Below, one piece after another: positions 59,711-64,000 of a stretch of DNA of 64,000 nucleotides. The translations under genes were made by a program, and so were the position numbers. Where the stretch lies: positions 183 through 64,182 of the forward strand of contig JANWIO010000052.1 in NCBI GenBank assembly GCA_025449835.1. The letters are read 5' to 3'. The stretch's first letter is position 1. Every line of letters starts with the position of its first letter. The stretch is from Vampirovibrionales bacterium. GTDB taxonomy: Bacteria; Cyanobacteriota; Vampirovibrionia; Vampirovibrionales; JAGQHJ01. The notes beneath the pieces were generated by a model. That model saw nothing but the letters and a program-made list of their open reading frames with translations. It was not told the DNA's origin and did no database searches.

Positions 59711-60409
59711 TTAGGCGTAATTATTTTTGAAGGTGGTTTTAATGCCTTCGGCCACGTATTTTGTAAATTCTTCACGCTGTTGAACCAGTGCAGCTCGCTG
59801 TGCTTTTAACGTTTCTAATTCCATATCAATCTGTTGTTCCATCACATTGAGCTGCTTCAAATAATATTCCGCCATGGCCTCAGCCGTTTCTTTATCCACA
59901 TAGGCTTCACCGGGTTTCAGGGTTTGGCCATTTTCATCAATGGCTTCCATTCCCGGATTTGCAGCCGTTCCGTCAAAATTTTGGACAGGAACACTTCCCT
60001 GTGCGCCTAATGTACTGAGCCATTGGCCCAAATTATTTTTCGGATCGATATTAACACTGCGGTAGGCTGTAAATAATTCTGTTAAATCTTGGTTATTCCA
60101 TGCTTTACTCGGATCGTATGGCGCAAAGTTACCGCCACCTCCCAAAACGAATCCAAAAGGCGAGAAGCCTCTGTTCACAAACCGCTCTTCAGATGGCTGA
60201 GGATGACTTGGATCTCGTAAATCCAAAAATCGAACCCGAATTCTTGCGTTAGGATCTTGCGTAGATAAGGCACGGCTTTTCAGTAATCCAATGGATTGGC
60301 TGAGTCGTGCAATGGCAAACTTTTGCTGATATTTTGAATTCAATAAAACATCGATGGAATAAACTTGAGCAATAATGCTGTTAACAACTGCTAAACTAGA
60401 TAACCCCAT
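59711..60409 (-). CDS. hypothetical protein, tandem paralog 1 (conserved helical termini)
   Basis: MGLSSLAVV...SKYQQKFA.ARLSQ and DMELETLKAQRAAL.QQREEFTKYVAEGIKT.FKNNYA shared with 60661-61362. Confidence 0.85.
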   Translation of the reverse strand: MGLSSLAVVNSIIAQVYSIDVLLNSKYQQKFAIARLSQSIGLLKSRALSTQDPNARIRVRFLDLRDPSHPQPSEERFVNRGFSPFGFVLGGGGNFAPYDPSKAWNNQDLTELFTAYRSVNIDPKNNLGQWLSTLGAQGSVPVQNFDGTAANPGMEAIDENGQTLKPGEAYVDKETAEAMAEYYLKQLNVMEQQIDMELETLKAQRAALVQQREEFTKYVAEGIKTTFKNNYA

Positions 60410-60461
60410 AAGCGCCCCCTCGCATAAAGTGCATGTTCTCTATTAATACGCTTCACATAGT

Positions 60462-60511
60462 GCTTTACTATATGCATAAAAATATCCAAAGCGTTTTTGA
60501 TGACACTTTAT
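60462..60511 (-). promoter_or_regulatory. conserved upstream block of paralog 1
   Basis: 41/50 ungapped identity with 61405-61454. Confidence 0.7.
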
Positions 60512-60660
60512 GAACAAGAGTTAATTTATTTATTTTTTTAAAAATAAAATTCTTTATTTCAAAACATGGCTCTTAAACCTTCTCTTTTCAACGTTTAGGG
60601 TCGATTACCCCAAACCTCCTTTTTATTTTCATCTTCGTCTCACACAAGCTTCCTTATAAA

Positions 60661-61362
60661 TTAAGCATAGTTATTTTTAAAACTTGTCTTAATGCCTTCG
60701 GCAACGTATTTTGTGAATTCTTCACGTTGCTGAGTTAATGCAGCCCGTTGTGCCTTAAGCGTTTCTAATTCCATATCAATTTCTTGTTCTAACGATTTGA
60801 TATGTTGCAAATAATACTCGGCAATGGCTTCGGCAGTGGCTTTATCCACAAACACTTCACCGGGTTTGAGCGGTTGATTATTTTCATCAAGTGGCACTTG
60901 CCCAGGCGCGGTGGGTGTTCCATTACGATTTTCTACAGGAACGCTTCCTTGAGCACCCAAGGTATTTAACCAATATTCAAAATTATCAATTGGATCAACG
61001 CCAACATTACGATAAGCCGTATACATCTCTGATGGCGGCTGAGCATTCCAGGGCAAACCCGGATTCATGGGAATACAGGGCCCCATTCCACCCACCACAA
61101 AATTCCCGGCAACATCAAACCCACGATTGACAAATTGCGTATCGGAAACTTTTGGATGAAACCGATCTCGTAAGTCCAATAAGGTCATTTTCATCCGTGC
61201 TTTTGGATCCGTTAATCCAATCGCTCGGCTTTTTGTAAGACCAATGGTTTGACTTAAACGTGCTAATGCAAATTTTTGTTGATATTTTGAATTGATCAAC
61301 AGATCAATCGAATAAATCTGAGGAATAATCCCCATTACAACTGCTAAGCTTGATAATCCCAT
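60661..61362 (-). CDS. hypothetical protein, tandem paralog 2
   Basis: Collinear with paralog 1; G-rich RBS. Confidence 0.85.
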   Translation of the reverse strand: MGLSSLAVVMGIIPQIYSIDLLINSKYQQKFALARLSQTIGLTKSRAIGLTDPKARMKMTLLDLRDRFHPKVSDTQFVNRGFDVAGNFVVGGMGPCIPMNPGLPWNAQPPSEMYTAYRNVGVDPIDNFEYWLNTLGAQGSVPVENRNGTPTAPGQVPLDENNQPLKPGEVFVDKATAEAIAEYYLQHIKSLEQEIDMELETLKAQRAALTQQREEFTKYVAEGIKTSFKNNYA

Positions 61363-61404
61363 GAGCGTAGCCCCCCTGCTCTTTCAAATATTCTCTGTAT
61401 ATCC

Positions 61405-61454
61405 GCTTTACTATATGGATAAAAAATTTAAAAATCGTTTTGATGACACTTTAT
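61405..61454 (-). promoter_or_regulatory. conserved upstream block of paralog 2
   Basis: Minus strand ATAAAGTGTCATCAAAA-N12-TTTTTATCCATATAGTAAAGC. Confidence 0.7.
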
Positions 61455-61587
61455 TAAAAACCGTGAATACAGTTATTTATTTAATCATATAAAATAATAA
61501 TCTGGGGAATCCGATTTCAAAGTCCGTAAGGCCTTGGAATTTCACCCTTAAATGTGGATTAAAACGGTTTTTACAAGCTGGATAGAT

Positions 61588-63747
61588 TTAAATTTTGAGT
61601 AAAATATCGAGATTGCCATGACGATTTTGCACATCTACCACCACGGTCTTCTCAGTTCGCCGAAACTCAAGATCTAAAATGGTATTTCCCACCCGCATGT
61701 TTTTAATTCGTAAATAATTCATCCAATGGGGAAGCTTGGGCTGCTCTATTTTCAAACTGCCATGTTGTAAATCAGGCTCCAGATTTAACAAGGATTGAAT
61801 TAATGAAAAAGTAGCTGCCGCAGCCCAGGCTTGTGGCGAACATGCCACCGGGTATCGAACCGGCGGATCCGACTTTGCCACATCTCGAGCAAACCCACAA
61901 AATAACTCTGGCAACCTTTTATAGGTCATTAACCGGGCTGCTTCAAATAATCCCGAAAAAACCCGTTCACTCATATCGGGTCTTCCAATTGTAGAAAGAC
62001 CTTGGGCAATGATGGCATTATCATGTGGCCAAACAGAACCATTGTGATAACTCATAGGGTTATAAGCCATCATTTCAGCACTTAAAGTACGGATCCCCCA
62101 ACCACTGAACATATCAGGAGCCATCAACCGAGAGGCCACTTTTCGGGCATGAGGCAGGGTGAGAATCCCCGATTCAAGGCAATGTCCTGGATTTGAAGAA
62201 ATGACCTTCAATGGACGTCCCTGATTATATAGTCCTAACGGGCAATAGCCAAGTTCTTCAATCCAAAAATCCTGGTTAAATTTTCGTTTAAACTGAACAC
62301 ATTCCCGGCGTAATTGTGTTTTCAGATCTTTATCACCCCTAATATCGGCTAAAGAAGCCATACGGCGTTTTGCCAAGTAAACGTAGCCTTGCACTTCTGC
62401 AAGCGCAATGGGGGGCTCTGCCTGTAAGCCATTATCATACATGGCACTGTTACAAGAATCTTTCCAGCCTTGATGAACAATCCCCACCTCTGGCGATTGG
62501 GTTTTATAGGTAGAGTAGCCCAATGGATTTTTCTTCAGATTCTGGTTAATCCACTCTAGAGCTGCCAAAGCATTGGGCCAAAGATCATGCAAGGTCTGCA
62601 AATCCCGTGTCCATAAAAAATAATCGTAAAGCAAAATAATCCAAAGGGGGGTCGCATCAACACTGCCATAATAAGGTGTGTGGGGGATTTTTCCCAAACG
62701 GGCCAACTCCCCCGTCCGCAACTCATGAAGAATTTTGCCAGGCTCCTCATCCCGCCAGGGATCAAACTTGTCACCTTGATAATACGCCAAAATATACAAG
62801 GTCCACTTAGCAATGGAAGGATTAAACATTAAAGCCTCCATAGCTGTAATAATGCTATCCCGGCCAAACAAGCACACAAACCAGGGGATCCCTGCAGCCA
62901 CAAAAAAATGTCCTTCTTCAGACTGAGTCAGGAGCATCCGTAGGTCTTTATGGCTACGCGTCACCATTTCATTAAAGTCATCATTATCCGAAGTCACTTC
63001 CGTCACTTCTGTATCCCAAATTTTATTGAACGCCGTAACACGAGCTTTGGCATCTTCAAACCCATTGGCAATCAAAGGGATTTGTTGAATCGGTGACATT
63101 TGGGTATAGATTTCAACTCGAAACTCTTTTTTTTCCAGGGGGAAAATCAAGGTTTCAAATATAACGGTGTCGTTTTCTTTAAAAATGGGGGTAAAATCTT
63201 TAAAAACAATGCGGGTTTCTAATAATTTATGATTGCTTTGCCGTTCAAAAATTAAAGCATTCTCTTCCACTCGAGCATGGACCCCATTACACCGCGCTGG
63301 CGAAACAAGATGTCGAACCTCAAAAATGTCGCGAAAATCCGCGTCAAATCGCAAGGCAATCCGTATTTTAACCGCTTCCATGTTATAGCTTGCCAAAACA
63401 TACTTATCAAATAAAGCCCCATCCAAAATGGTTTCTCGCTTAAGCTGAATACACTCCTCACGGACAATCGTATCCACATCATCAATATTTTTACTTTTAA
63501 ATTGGCCGTTTGTGTAAACCACTGTTGAAAAATAGCCCATTTCTGTTGAGGAGAGCAAGCAAATAGGCTCTGTCTCGTTTAATTGAATTTCAAAGCAACT
63601 TAAAAAACGGGTATCTAAATTGTATAACCCCAACCCTGACTTATCTTCAACAGGAATCAGGCCATAGGTGTTGTCCACTAAAAAGAGATGATTATTTTTA
63701 ATCGTTCGGTTTGAGACTGTAAATTTATTAGGCTGTGTTAAGAGCAT
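61588..63747 (-). CDS. amylo-alpha-1,6-glucosidase / glycogen debranching family protein
   Basis: AAGIPWF..LFGRDS, EEPGKILHELR, YYGSVDATP, QGWKDS, SYHNGSVWPHDN, LPELFCG, CSPQAWAA. Confidence 0.92.
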   Translation of the reverse strand: MLLTQPNKFTVSNRTIKNNHLFLVDNTYGLIPVEDKSGLGLYNLDTRFLSCFEIQLNETEPICLLSSTEMGYFSTVVYTNGQFKSKNIDDVDTIVREECIQLKRETILDGALFDKYVLASYNMEAVKIRIALRFDADFRDIFEVRHLVSPARCNGVHARVEENALIFERQSNHKLLETRIVFKDFTPIFKENDTVIFETLIFPLEKKEFRVEIYTQMSPIQQIPLIANGFEDAKARVTAFNKIWDTEVTEVTSDNDDFNEMVTRSHKDLRMLLTQSEEGHFFVAAGIPWFVCLFGRDSIITAMEALMFNPSIAKWTLYILAYYQGDKFDPWRDEEPGKILHELRTGELARLGKIPHTPYYGSVDATPLWIILLYDYFLWTRDLQTLHDLWPNALAALEWINQNLKKNPLGYSTYKTQSPEVGIVHQGWKDSCNSAMYDNGLQAEPPIALAEVQGYVYLAKRRMASLADIRGDKDLKTQLRRECVQFKRKFNQDFWIEELGYCPLGLYNQGRPLKVISSNPGHCLESGILTLPHARKVASRLMAPDMFSGWGIRTLSAEMMAYNPMSYHNGSVWPHDNAIIAQGLSTIGRPDMSERVFSGLFEAARLMTYKRLPELFCGFARDVAKSDPPVRYPVACSPQAWAAAATFSLIQSLLNLEPDLQHGSLKIEQPKLPHWMNYLRIKNMRVGNTILDLEFRRTEKTVVVDVQNRHGNLDILLKI

Positions 63748-63845
63748 GTGTGCTTTTCCCTTCCCCCGCTTCCATCACATACTTTTAACATGGTACACGT
63801 TAACTTGGACATAAGACAAACAAGGTCATCCATTGAAGACCAAGG

Positions 63846-63998
63846 CTAAGAACCAAGTTTTTCGTCATATTCAGACAAAAGCACAATCTTGGCATCGGGA
63901 GACATTGTTTCTGATTCTTGCTCATCATGTGTGTTTTTACCCTTTTGGCCACTACAAGGAGTCGATTGGAGCAACCGACAATAGGTATTGACATAATT
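63846..63998 (-). CDS. 3' end of a gene entering from beyond the window (possibly a GT4 glycosyltransferase)
   Basis: Open frame NYVNTYCRLL...EKLGS* to the window edge; a Y...Y..LL C-terminal helix and position upstream of the debranching gene fit GT4, but the evidence is weak. Confidence 0.4.
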   Translation of the reverse strand, partial: NYVNTYCRLLQSTPCSGQKGKNTHDEQESETMSPDAKIVLLSEYDEKLGS

Positions 63999-64000
63999 TT

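Noticed and set aside
63800..63994. 64-aa ORF at the window end
   Set aside because: A different minus-strand frame open to the window edge looks more protein-like and probably ends an upstream gene.

Overview
Bacterial chromosomal window. The host is probably a flagellated, non-photosynthetic cyanobacterial relative (Vampirovibrionia/Melainabacteria). This is inferred from cyanobacteria-like ClpX/Tig/GlmS, a Maf flagellin glycosyltransferase and many ORFans, and was not verified by any search. (1) A ~15 kb integrative island (4006-19005) sits in tRNA-Ile2(CAT), bounded by an exact 45-bp direct repeat. It carries a tyrosine integrase whose reading frame runs through the att core, so excision would swap its C-terminus. 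It also carries two Xis/AlpA-like HTH genes, an RHH-like regulator, a nested 'active recombinase - HTH - catalytically dead recombinase' trio, and a type I R-M operon with a Kiwa-like gene pair between hsdS and hsdR followed by a Fic gene. (2) Housekeeping genes: rpe, tRNA-Gly, tig-clpP-clpX, ruvA, tRNA-Val, galE, lipA-E1a-E1b-E2-E3-lipB (branched-chain 2-oxoacid dehydrogenase type), glmS, prpD, hemE-hemN-hemH-hemY-bolA and a glycogen-debranching-type enzyme. (3) A Fur/Zur regulator diverges from an unknown membrane protein plus a His/Cys-repeat protein, with two Zur-box-like palindromes between them. (4) A Maf-linked glycan-modification cluster includes a variant DXS and a split transketolase. 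(5) A lineage-specific cluster holds a hydrophobic-hairpin/coiled-coil protein, two YkgJ-like Cys-cluster paralogs and two tandem paralogs with a conserved upstream block. No CRISPR array, rRNA or IS transposase was seen. All family calls come from motif recognition by eye.
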